Assembly (NCBI GenBank): GCA_044344255.1
Contig: JBIJDH010000016.1
Span: 96,001 to 160,000, forward strand
From: Myxococcota bacterium
GTDB lineage: Bacteria > Myxococcota_A > UBA796 > UBA2385
Length of the DNA: 64,000 nt
Direction: 5' to 3'
The position numbers and the translations under genes were made by a program. Below, piece after piece: positions 34,035 through 43,100 of this stretch. A model generated the notes under the pieces. That model saw nothing but the letters and a program-made list of their open reading frames with translations, was not told the origin of the DNA and ran no database searches. Position 1 is the first letter of the stretch. Each line of letters begins with the position of its first letter.

Positions 34035-36895
34035 GAGTAGAGCTCCTCCACGCTGAAAATGTCCATTCGTTTGTCCGTGTGATGAGGTGGAACGGCGTTG
34101 AGGAGGTGGGCCTTCTCCTCTCGCCACAGCCGGGCCGCGAATGCGTCTCGCCGACTCCATGCTCCCAGGGCCTGCAAGCGAGTGCGAGTGCGATAGGGTG
34201 CCGTCTCGGACAGACGACCGGAGTGACTCTCGAAAGGCGGAACGTGCGACTCACCGATGAACAGTGCGAGCAGCGTTCCGTCCGGGCGGTTGCGTCGGGT
34301 GTACGCAGAGGCGGCGATTGCAGCGATGCGGCCAGAGGGGCCGCCCGCCCGCCATTGTACCGCGGCCTCGTTGAGGGCGATGAGGCCGAGCAGATCGTCA
34401 TCCCCGAGGCGCTCAGCCGCGGCGACGAGCGCCTCGTCGGGCTCGGTGCTGAAGTCACGGCGATAGGCGACGGCTCGGATCACAGAGCGAGCGTAGCCCT
34501 CCAAGATGGGGGCGCGCAAGTCCGCGGACAGACAAGCTGCCTCTCTCGCGATCTCTTCCGCCTCGTCCCAGGCGAAGTCATCGAGCTCGGCGCGGGCGGC
34601 GCGCACGAGGGCGCTCGCGCGCTGGATCGGATCGACGGCGAGGCGGGCGGCCTCTCGGTGAAAGGTCGCGGCGGCGGAGAACTCGGCGCGGGCGTTGGCG
34701 AGGTTGCCCCACCAGCCGCTCCTTCGTGAGCGGACAGAGAGGTCCGTGGTGGGTCGATCGACCTCCACTGCCCGGAGGAGGGCGAGGGCCGGCTCCATCC
34801 CCTCGGCCTGGACAGACTGGAGGCGGAGCGCGTCGCGACAGGAGTCGAGCCAGGGATCATCGAGGGAGGCGAGGTTCATCGTCTCGGCGGCGCCGAGGAC
34901 CCTGCCGCGGGCGGCGCGGGCCATGTGGAGGAGGGGCAGGGTGGGGTGGCCCTCGGCGGAGAGGTCGGCGATGGCGGCGTTGAGCTGGGCGGGCGTGGGA
35001 TCGGTGAGGGCGGCCTTGGCGAGGACCGTGGAGAGCCGCTCCCGGAGCGGGGGATCGGCGGCGACGGCGTCGCGGGCCTGGAGCAGGACCCCCACGGCGG
35101 CGGCGGCGCGCCCGTGGGCGAGGTGGACGCCGGCGACGTGCTCGGCCTCCTCACAGATGGCCAGGGGCTCATCGACGGCGATGAGGAGGTCGAGCCGCCC
35201 GGGGGCGCCCTGGGGCATCCGATGGGCGAGCTCGGCGGCGGCGGTGGCGCGCTGATCGGGGCCCCAGTGGTCGCGGGGGGCCGACTCGGCGCGGAGGCGC
35301 CCGGCCGGGTCGCGGTGGAGGTGCCCCTGGGCCTCGAGGGCCTCGATCATCGCCTCGACCTCCCAGACCTCGGAGCCGGTGAGGTCGGAGAGGAGGCCGA
35401 GCTCGGCGCCCTCGGCGTGGAGGGCCAGCCACTCGAGGAGGTCGAGCAGCGGCGGCTCGAGGGCGCGCGCGGCGAGGTCGGCGAGCGGCGCGGGCTGGGC
35501 GCGCTCGGTGCGCAGGCGCTCGAGGTTCGGGCGGGGCAGGTGGAGCCGGCGGCCGTCCCAGCTCGCCTGGCCGAGGCCGACCCAGGCGCCGAGCTCGTCG
35601 ACCACCCGCCGCGGGTTGCCGCCGCTGCGCCGATAGAGGAGCGCCGCCCCGTCGCTGGCCCCGTGGAGGAGGAGCTCGGGATCAGCGAAGAGGGGCTCGA
35701 GGTCGAGCTCGCGGAGGGGCTGGAGCAGCAGGGCGCCGCCGCCGAAGAGGGGATCGGGCCCCGCCCAGAGCACGGGGCCGACGTCGGTGAGGCGGCCAAG
35801 CAGGGCGCGGCTCCATCGATCGGCCTGATCGTCCACCAGCACGGGCTCCCCGGCGGTGAGGCGCGCTCGGAGGGCGCGCTCGACGGCCTCCGGTCGCCCC
35901 GGCGGCACCAGGGCGGCGAGGGAGGCCCAGGGCCGATCGGCGGCGGGGAGCACGCGGAGGCCGAGGATCGTGCCCGCCTCGCGGAGGACCCGGCTCCGAC
36001 CGCTGCCCGGCCGGCCGATCGCGCCGAGGCTGCGGCCGGCGCGGGCCGCCTGGACGAGGTCCTCGATCGGCGCCCGGCTCCCGAGCCAGGGCACGTCGAG
36101 GCCGCTCACCGGAGCGCGGCCCTCCTCGAGGGCGTCGGCGGCCTCGCCGGCGGTGGCGGGGCGGTCGCCCGGGCGGTGGGAGAGCAGGGCGTCGACGAGG
36201 GCGATCACGGAGGCGGGGAGGTCAGGGCGCCGGCGGGCGACCGACGGCAGGGCCTCGCGGGCGCGGGCGGCGAGCATGGCGTGCAGCTCGGCCGGCTCTT
36301 GGGGGAGGAGGCCGGTGAGGGCCTCGTAGAGCATGACGCCGACGCTGAAGAGGTCGGTGCGGGCGTCCACGCGGGCCCCGCTCGCCTGCTCGGGGGACAG
36401 GTAGCGGGGGGTGCCGACGACCGCCCGGCTGCGGGTGATGGTGGAGCCGAGCGCGCGGCCGCGGGCGAGGCCGAAGTCGAGCACGTAAGGCCGCCCCGAC
36501 TCGTCTACGAGCACGTTGGCGGGCTTCAGATCGCGGTGGACCACCCCCTGGCGGTGCACGCGCTCAAGGGTGCGGAGCAAGGAGAGGGCGGTGGGGCGGA
36601 GCTGCTCCCAGGTGCAAGGGGCGGGCCGGCCAGGGAAGGGCTTGCCACGCACGAGATCGAGCACGAGCACGGGGGCACCGTCTTCGGTCCAGCGGTCTCG
36701 GAGCCGGACCACCCCCTCGCCGCCCACGAGCTCGAGGGCCCGCAGCTCCCGCTCGAAGCGCGTCCGATCTCTCGCCTCGAGGTGAATGAGCCGCTTGATC
36801 GCGACCTCTTCGCCGGTCTGCTGGTCGAGCGCGCACCAGACCTCGCCAGACGCGCCGCGCCCGAGGAGGTGCAAGGGGAGATATCGGCCGCTCAT
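34031..36895 (-). CDS. Ser/Thr protein kinase with degenerate P-loop, wHTH-like and TPR-like regions
   Basis: LGRGASGEV, VAIK, HRDLKPAN, DFG, GTPRYLSPE, DLFSVG; GRPGSGRS; RSGGNP. Confidence 0.92.
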   Translation of the reverse strand: MSGRYLPLHLLGRGASGEVWCALDQQTGEEVAIKRLIHLEARDRTRFERELRALELVGGEGVVRLRDRWTEDGAPVLVLDLVRGKPFPGRPAPCTWEQLRPTALSLLRTLERVHRQGVVHRDLKPANVLVDESGRPYVLDFGLARGRALGSTITRSRAVVGTPRYLSPEQASGARVDARTDLFSVGVMLYEALTGLLPQEPAELHAMLAARAREALPSVARRRPDLPASVIALVDALLSHRPGDRPATAGEAADALEEGRAPVSGLDVPWLGSRAPIEDLVQAARAGRSLGAIGRPGSGRSRVLREAGTILGLRVLPAADRPWASLAALVPPGRPEAVERALRARLTAGEPVLVDDQADRWSRALLGRLTDVGPVLWAGPDPLFGGGALLLQPLRELDLEPLFADPELLLHGASDGAALLYRRSGGNPRRVVDELGAWVGLGQASWDGRRLHLPRPNLERLRTERAQPAPLADLAARALEPPLLDLLEWLALHAEGAELGLLSDLTGSEVWEVEAMIEALEAQGHLHRDPAGRLRAESAPRDHWGPDQRATAAAELAHRMPQGAPGRLDLLIAVDEPLAICEEAEHVAGVHLAHGRAAAAVGVLLQARDAVAADPPLRERLSTVLAKAALTDPTPAQLNAAIADLSAEGHPTLPLLHMARAARGRVLGAAETMNLASLDDPWLDSCRDALRLQSVQAEGMEPALALLRAVEVDRPTTDLSVRSRRSGWWGNLANARAEFSAAATFHREAARLAVDPIQRASALVRAARAELDDFAWDEAEEIAREAACLSADLRAPILEGYARSVIRAVAYRRDFSTEPDEALVAAAERLGDDDLLGLIALNEAAVQWRAGGPSGRIAAIAASAYTRRNRPDGTLLALFIGESHVPPFESHSGRLSETAPYRTRTRLQALGAWSRRDAFAARLWREEKAHLLNAVPPHHTDKRMDIFSVEELYS

Positions 36896-37018
36896 CCGCC
36901 GGATGCTCGCACAGGGGAGGGGGCGGGTCTACTCGAGGGGGCCGGTGGGCCGCCCCCGGCGGGCCTTGCCGCATCCGCAGGGACCGGTGAAGACCAACGA
37001 AAGAACGGGAGACCACGC

Positions 37019-37750
37019 ATGTCCGCCGAGCCGAGCGTCGCCAAGATCCTCTCCACGATCTCCTTCTTCGAGCCGCTCGACGCGGGCGAGGTCGAGCGCC
37101 TCGCGGCGGCGGGCCAACGTGTGACGGTGCCGGCCGGTGAGGTGATCTTCTCCGAGGGGGACGAGGGCGAGACGCTCTACGTGCTCCTCTCGGGCGCCGC
37201 GGAGGTCACCGCCTGGGGTGCCGACGGCGAGCAGATCGTGGTGGCCACGGTCAGCGACGGTGACTTCTTCGGCGAGATCGCCCTCCTCGATGGCTGCCCG
37301 CGCTCGGCCACCGTCACCACCACTGACGCCTCCACCCTCTTCACCCTCGAGCGCGGCGAATTCCTCGGCGTGGTCGGCACCAACCCCGAGGCCCTGTCTC
37401 GGGTGCTGGTGGAGCTCGGTCAGCGCCTCCGCGAGACGAACGAGCGGTACCTCCAGGCGGTGGCCCTGCGGCGGCACGCCGAGGACGGCACCGACGCCGG
37501 GCGCCTCCACGCTCACCTCGACGCCGCGGTCGGCCTCGGCCGCGCGATCGGCGCCCCCCTCGGCGTGGCCCGCTCCGCCTTGCAGATCGCCCAGCGCCGG
37601 CTCGGCGCGGTGCAGGCCGGCCTGAGCGACCCCGAGGACCGCCGCGCCCTCCAGGAGGTGCTCGGCACGCTGGGCATGGTCACGGAGAACCTCGATCAGG
37701 CCCGTCGGATCGCCGTGCGCATCGTAGACTCGGCCGACGACGAGAGCTGA
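37019..37750 (+). CDS. Cyclic nucleotide-binding (cNMP) domain protein with a C-terminal helical hairpin
   Basis: IFSEGDEGETLYVLLSG, GDFFGEIALLDGCPRSATV; no Crp HTH. Confidence 0.88.
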   Translation: MSAEPSVAKILSTISFFEPLDAGEVERLAAAGQRVTVPAGEVIFSEGDEGETLYVLLSGAAEVTAWGADGEQIVVATVSDGDFFGEIALLDGCPRSATVTTTDASTLFTLERGEFLGVVGTNPEALSRVLVELGQRLRETNERYLQAVALRRHAEDGTDAGRLHAHLDAAVGLGRAIGAPLGVARSALQIAQRRLGAVQAGLSDPEDRRALQEVLGTLGMVTENLDQARRIAVRIVDSADDES

Positions 37751-37808
37751 CCCAGGCCGCTCGACCGGAGCGGCGGGCGCGGTAGCTTGGGGGCCCCTGG
37801 AGGTCTCC

Positions 37809-38366
37809 TTGGCTCAGCTCAAGTCGCTGCTCCCCCTCGCCGCCGCCGCGCTCGCCGGCGCCGCCCTCGCCGCCGCGGCGCCCATCTCCGCGATCCCGCT
37901 CCGCCAGCTCGACGAGAGCGCGCTGCCGGTCGAGGCGATCAAGGGCAAGGTGGCCCTCTTCGTCAACGTGGCCAGCCGCTGCGGCTACACGAAGCAGTAC
38001 AAGGGCCTCGAGGCCCTCTACCAGAGTCACAAGGCGGCCGGCTTCACGATCGTGGGCGTGCCCTGCAACCAGTTCGGCGAGCAGGAGCCGGGCTCTGCGG
38101 CGGAGATCAAGACCTTCTGCTCCACCACCTACGGCGTGACCTTCCCCCTCCTCAGCAAGCAGGAGGTCAACGGCGCGGGCCGGAGCCCGCTCTACACCGC
38201 CCTCATCTCGAGCCCGGTGGGCGGGGGCGGTGACGTGGGCTGGAACTTCGAGAAGTTCCTGGTCGGCCGCGATGGCGCGGTGAAGGGCCGCTACAAGAGC
38301 TCGGTGACCCCCGAGGACCCCAAGCTCGCCGCCGACATCGCCCGCGAGCTGGCCGCGGCTCCCTGA
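37809..38366 (+). CDS. Glutathione peroxidase family (Cys-type), with signal peptide
   Basis: VNVASRCGYTKQY, PCNQFGEQEPG, WNFEKFLV; Ala-rich leader; GGAGG before TTG. Confidence 0.95.
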   Translation: MAQLKSLLPLAAAALAGAALAAAAPISAIPLRQLDESALPVEAIKGKVALFVNVASRCGYTKQYKGLEALYQSHKAAGFTIVGVPCNQFGEQEPGSAAEIKTFCSTTYGVTFPLLSKQEVNGAGRSPLYTALISSPVGGGGDVGWNFEKFLVGRDGAVKGRYKSSVTPEDPKLAADIARELAAAP

Positions 38367-38371
38367 TCGGC

Positions 38372-38394
38372 GCCCTCAGCGGCGTCCTGAGGGC
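38372..38394 (+). terminator. GC-rich hairpin after the peroxidase gene
   Basis: GCCCTCAG-7nt-CTGAGGGC; no U-tract. Confidence 0.3.
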
Positions 38395-38446
38395 CGGGTC
38401 GGCGGCCCGCCCTGGCGGGGGCGGCCGGGCAGGGCTACCCGCGCGC

Positions 38447-38968
38447 ATGACCCACCGCGCTCTGCCCCTTCTCCCGCTCCTTGGCCTCGCCTTCGTGCTG
38501 CTCGGCGCCGCCCTGGGCCCCTCGGTCGCCCGCGCCGACCAGTGCGCCTATGTCTCGGAGGCGGTGGCGGTGCGGGCCGCCGAGTCGCTGGCGCTCCAGC
38601 ACAAGGTGGCCGAGTACTGCGAGCCCTGCGGGGACAAGCGGCCGGGGCTGCGGGTCTTCGAGTCGGCCAAGGCGGGCCCCGTCGACGGCGCCGATCCCTA
38701 CTGGGAGGTCACCCTCGAGGGGGCCGTGATCGTCGGTCCCACGGGGGGGAGCCAGATGGAGGCCAGCCTGTCGGGCTCGGTGGCGGTCGACCTCGCCTAT
38801 GTCTACGTCCCCATCGGCTTCGGCGACTGGAAGAACCTCGCGCTGCTCGCCAACTGCCCCACCACGGGAGTGAGCCCCGCCATCCCCGAGCCCATCGGGG
38901 CCGATCGGCTGAAGGTGAGGGACCAGCCGCCGAAGGGTCATCGGAACAGACGGCGGCGCGCCCGCTGA
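38447..38968 (+). CDS. Secreted Cys-containing hypothetical protein
   Basis: Signal peptide ending ARA-DQC; YCEPCGD; VDLAYVYV; NLALLANC. Confidence 0.75.
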   Translation: MTHRALPLLPLLGLAFVLLGAALGPSVARADQCAYVSEAVAVRAAESLALQHKVAEYCEPCGDKRPGLRVFESAKAGPVDGADPYWEVTLEGAVIVGPTGGSQMEASLSGSVAVDLAYVYVPIGFGDWKNLALLANCPTTGVSPAIPEPIGADRLKVRDQPPKGHRNRRRRAR

Positions 38969-39080
38969 GCCGCCCGCCCCGGCGTCCGCGCTCGACGGTG
39001 CCCCGGATCGAATTGGTGGGGGTGAGCGAAGGACAGAGGGTGGGTGCGGTAGATTCCATCGACTCCTTCCAGGTGGACAC

Positions 39081-40127
39081 ATGGGCAGGCCGCGCATCCT
39101 CATCGCCGATGATGATCGTACGCTCCGGGTCTTCCTCGGCGCCCTCGCCGAGCAGTGCGGCTTCGATGTCCTGCTGGCCGAGGATGGCGCCGTGGCGCTC
39201 GAGCTCGCCCGCCGCTGCGGGCCGGCCTTCGTGGTCACCGATCTGCACATGCCGATCCTCAGCGGGCAGCGGCTGATCCCGCTGCTGCGCGCGCTCCCGG
39301 GCATGGTGGAGGTGCCGGTGATGGTGGTCTCCGCCGATCCGAGCCGCACCACCAAGGTTGACCTGCTCAAGGCCGGGGCGGACGACTTCATTCAAAAGCC
39401 CGTCGATCCCGAGGAGTTCATGGCGCGGCTCCTGGCGATGGCCCGCCGCGGCAACGTCGCCACCGAGCTGTACAGTGCGCGGGCCGAGCGAGATCTCGCC
39501 CTCGTCCGGCTCGAACAGAACCACCAGGAGCTCGAGCGGCTCACCATCGGCCTCGTGGCGGCCCTCGAGCGGGCGAGCGAGCTCAATGACACCGACACCG
39601 GCAACCACATCCGGAGGGTCTCGGCCTTCGCCGCCCACCTCGCGCGGGCCGTCGGGCAGCCCGCGGAGTTCGTGGACGCGCTCGGGCGGTACGCGGGCCT
39701 CCATGACGTCGGCAAGGTGGGCATCCGCGACGCCATCTTGAAGAAGCCCGGCCCCCTCACCGCGCTCGAGTTCGACGAGATGAAGGGCCACACGCTGATC
39801 GGCGCCGACCTGCTGCGCTCGGCGGGCCTGCCGGAGATGGCCGCCAACATCCCGCTCTGCCACCACGAGAAGTGGAACGGCCGGGGCTACCCGCGGGGCC
39901 TCGAGGGGGAGCAGATCCCGATCGAGGCGCGCATCGTCGCCGTGGTCGACGTCTTCGACGCGCTCAATTCCCGTCGCTGCTACAAGGCGGCCTTCGGCTT
40001 CTCGGTCTCCTGCCAGATGCTGCGCGAGATGGCCGGCCGCGACCTGGACCCCATGTTGGTGGAGGTCTTCTTCCGCGACATGGGCGCCATCTCCGAAGTC
40101 ATGGAGCGGTTCAGCGACAATGGCTGA
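39081..40127 (+). CDS. Response regulator with HD-GYP cyclic dinucleotide phosphodiesterase domain (RpfG-like)
   Basis: Receiver IADDD, TDLHMP, QKP; HIRRV, LHDVGK, HHEKWNGRGYP, DVFDAL. Confidence 0.95.
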   Translation: MGRPRILIADDDRTLRVFLGALAEQCGFDVLLAEDGAVALELARRCGPAFVVTDLHMPILSGQRLIPLLRALPGMVEVPVMVVSADPSRTTKVDLLKAGADDFIQKPVDPEEFMARLLAMARRGNVATELYSARAERDLALVRLEQNHQELERLTIGLVAALERASELNDTDTGNHIRRVSAFAAHLARAVGQPAEFVDALGRYAGLHDVGKVGIRDAILKKPGPLTALEFDEMKGHTLIGADLLRSAGLPEMAANIPLCHHEKWNGRGYPRGLEGEQIPIEARIVAVVDVFDALNSRRCYKAAFGFSVSCQMLREMAGRDLDPMLVEVFFRDMGAISEVMERFSDNG

Positions 40128-43100
40128 CTTCACCCCGCTCCCCGGGCGGCCCTTCGGCCGCTGGACCCCGCACCGCCAGCTCGGGCGCGGCTCCTTCGGC
40201 GCGGCCTGGTACGCCACCGATCCCGAGGGTCGTGTGGGCGCCCTCAAGATCTTGAGCGAGGACCCCGGTGATGAGGTGCGGGCCCTGGCGATGGTCTGCC
40301 ACCCCTCGATCCCCACCCTGCTCGACTCGGGCACCTGGCCGGCGCCCTTCGTCGTCATGGAGCTGATGCGAGGGCGAACGCTCGGGGCGCTGCTCCGAGC
40401 GGAGGCGGTCGATCTCGACCTCGCGATCGACGTCGCCGCGAACGTCGCCGACGCGCTCGCGACCGTCCACCACACCGGCCTGCACCACGGAGACGTCAAG
40501 CCAGACAACATCCTCGTCGCCCAGGGGGTCGAGCGCGCGGTGTCGCTGGTCGACTTCGGCCTCGCGCTCCGGGGGGGAGGCGGCACCTTGCGCTACGCCT
40601 CCCCGGAGGCCCTGATCGGCAACAGCCGGGGCACCGCCGCTGACGTGTACAGCCTCGGCCTCGTGCTCTGGGAGATGCTGCACCGGCGCCGCGCCTGGTC
40701 GGAGCTCGATCTGGGGCAGTCGCTCATCCGGCGGCGAATGGAGGTGCCGCCGGTGGAGGTGGGCCCGCCGTGGCTCCGACGGCTCACCGAGCAGATGCTG
40801 GCGATCGACCCCGCCCATCGCCCGAGCGCGGCCGACGTGGCCGACGCCCTCTCGGCGCACGGGGCGCACACGGCCGAGCCCGGGCCCGACCTGCTGCGTC
40901 GACGCGCGCGCGTGGTTCACGTCCCGTTGGCGGGCGTCGATGATGCGCTGCTGGGCTGGGTCTCCGCGCTGGCGGGCGCGACGGCCCGGGCTCCGACCGC
41001 GGTGTCGACCGGGGTGTCGGCGGGCGGCCCCGAAGACGCGGACGGCGGTCGGAACCTCGCGCTGATCGGCGGCGCGGGCGCAGGGCGCACCCACCAGATC
41101 GATCGGCTCGTGCGAGAGCTCCGGGTGCGCGGCATCCCCGTCGTGCGCCTCGCCCCCGCCGACGAGCCCTGGGCCTCCGTCAGCGTCGCGCTCTCCGATC
41201 CCTCCCTCCCCGAGCCCCCCGTCGCCCTGCCGACGATCGCCGATCCCCTCGATCGGGCCGAGGCCGCCGCCGAGGCCCTCGAGGCGCGGGGCAACGGGAG
41301 GCTGGTCGTCGTCGTCGATGATGAGGACACCCTCGATCCCAGCGCCCGCCTCCTGGTCTCCGCCCTCGTGCGGCACCGGGTGGTCTACCTGTGCTCTGCG
41401 GGCGCCGCGCCGCCGGAGTGGGCGGCGCGCCTGGTCCGGCTGCGGGCCTTCGACGCCGCCGAGCTCGCCGACCTCACGCGCCAGATCCTCGGCCCTGACC
41501 TCAACCTCGGGCCCCTGATCACCTCGCTGCAGATCGCCTCGGGCGGAGTGCCGGACGCGGCGGTCGCCTTCATCGTGGCGGCCGGGGAGCGCGGCGCCCT
41601 GCTCTTGCGGCGCCAACGCTGGCTGGTCGACGAGGGCGCGCTCCAGGCCCTCGTGCACGAGGGCTCGGGCGCCGCGGGGGCCGACGTCTCGCTGCCGACG
41701 GACGCGGCCTTGCTCGGCGCCTTCCTCGCGGTGATCGGCCGCCCCACGCGTCGGGAGAGCCTGCTCGCTTCGGCGCCCCTCCCCTTCGACCGGGCGCAGG
41801 CGGCGCTGCCCGTGCTGCTCGACAGCGGCCTCGTGCGGCTCGACGAGCACACCCTCCTGCCGCGGTCGGCGGCGGCCGTGGCGAGGCTCCGCGCCCTGTC
41901 CCCCGACCTCCCGGCCCTGCATCGGCATTGCCTCCTCACGCTCCGGTCTCAACCGGAGGTGCCCTACGATCGGCTGGGCCGGCACATCGTGGGCGCCGGG
42001 GACGCGGTCGAGGCCGCTCGGCTCGGTGCGCAGGTGATCGCCGCGGTGGCCGCCCTCGATCCCGCCGAAGCGGCGCGGATCGCCGACGGGCTCTGGGGTG
42101 TCGCGCCTGTCCCCGAGCTGGCCCTCGCCCGCGCGCGCGCCCTCGTCGGCGCGGGCCGCACGGAGGAGGGCTTCGCCGCCGCCGAGCAGGCCCTCGCGGG
42201 GCGGGAGCACGGCCCTGACGACGTGGGCCTCCTGACGCTCCAGGCCGACGTCCACCGGGCCTTCCACGATGACGGCGCCGCCGCCCTCGCCTCCATCGTG
42301 GCCGCGCACGCGGCGCTCGGCGGCGCCCCACCCACGCCGAGCCTCCGGGTGGCCGAGGCGAACGTTCACTTCGCCGCTGGGCGGGTCGAGGAGGCCATCC
42401 GGGTCGCGCGGCCCTTCGCCGAGGCCGAGCCCCCCGAGGCTGAGGAGGACCTCGAGCAGTGGCTCCGCCTCCGCGGCATCTGGGCACAGTCCACCCACAA
42501 GGCCGGCGACACCGCCGGCGCGATCGCGATCCTCGAGCTGCCCGACCTCGGCGGTCGCGGCGGCCCCGCCCGGGCCCTGCTCGAGGGGATGAGGGGGCGC
42601 CTCCTGCTCCACGCCGGCCGCATCCGCGAGGCCGCCGCGGTGATGCAGTCGGCGGCCCGGGTGGAGACGGGCCTCTCGGTGCTCGACCGGGCGCGGATGA
42701 TGAACAACTGGGGTTTGGCGAGCTACTCAGCGGGAGATCGCCAGGAGGCCCTCGGTGCCTGGGAGGACGCCCTCCTCCTCTTTGAGCGGATCCAGTCCCC
42801 CTTGGAGCAGATCCGCGTCAGCATCAACCTCTGTGTCGGCTACCAGGAGGGCGGCCGCTGGGAGCGGGCGCGCCAGGTGGGCCAGTGGGCCCACGACGAG
42901 GCGACCCGCCGCGGGCACCCAGACCTCGTCGCCATCGCAGCCGGGAACCTGGGTGACGTCTTCCTCGGCCAGGGCGCCTATGAGGAGGCCGAGGCCCTCT
43001 TCGCCCGCGGGGCCCGCCTCGCCGACGAGCTCGGGATGGCCAGCGAGCTCGTAGAGCTGGCGCGTCGGGACGCTGAGCTGGCCGTGCTCCGCGAGGAGGA

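Noticed and set aside
34925..37018. 5' part of the 941-aa ORF 34925-37750
   Set aside because: Antisense to the Ser/Thr kinase; only the part from ATG 37019 (cNMP domain) looks real.
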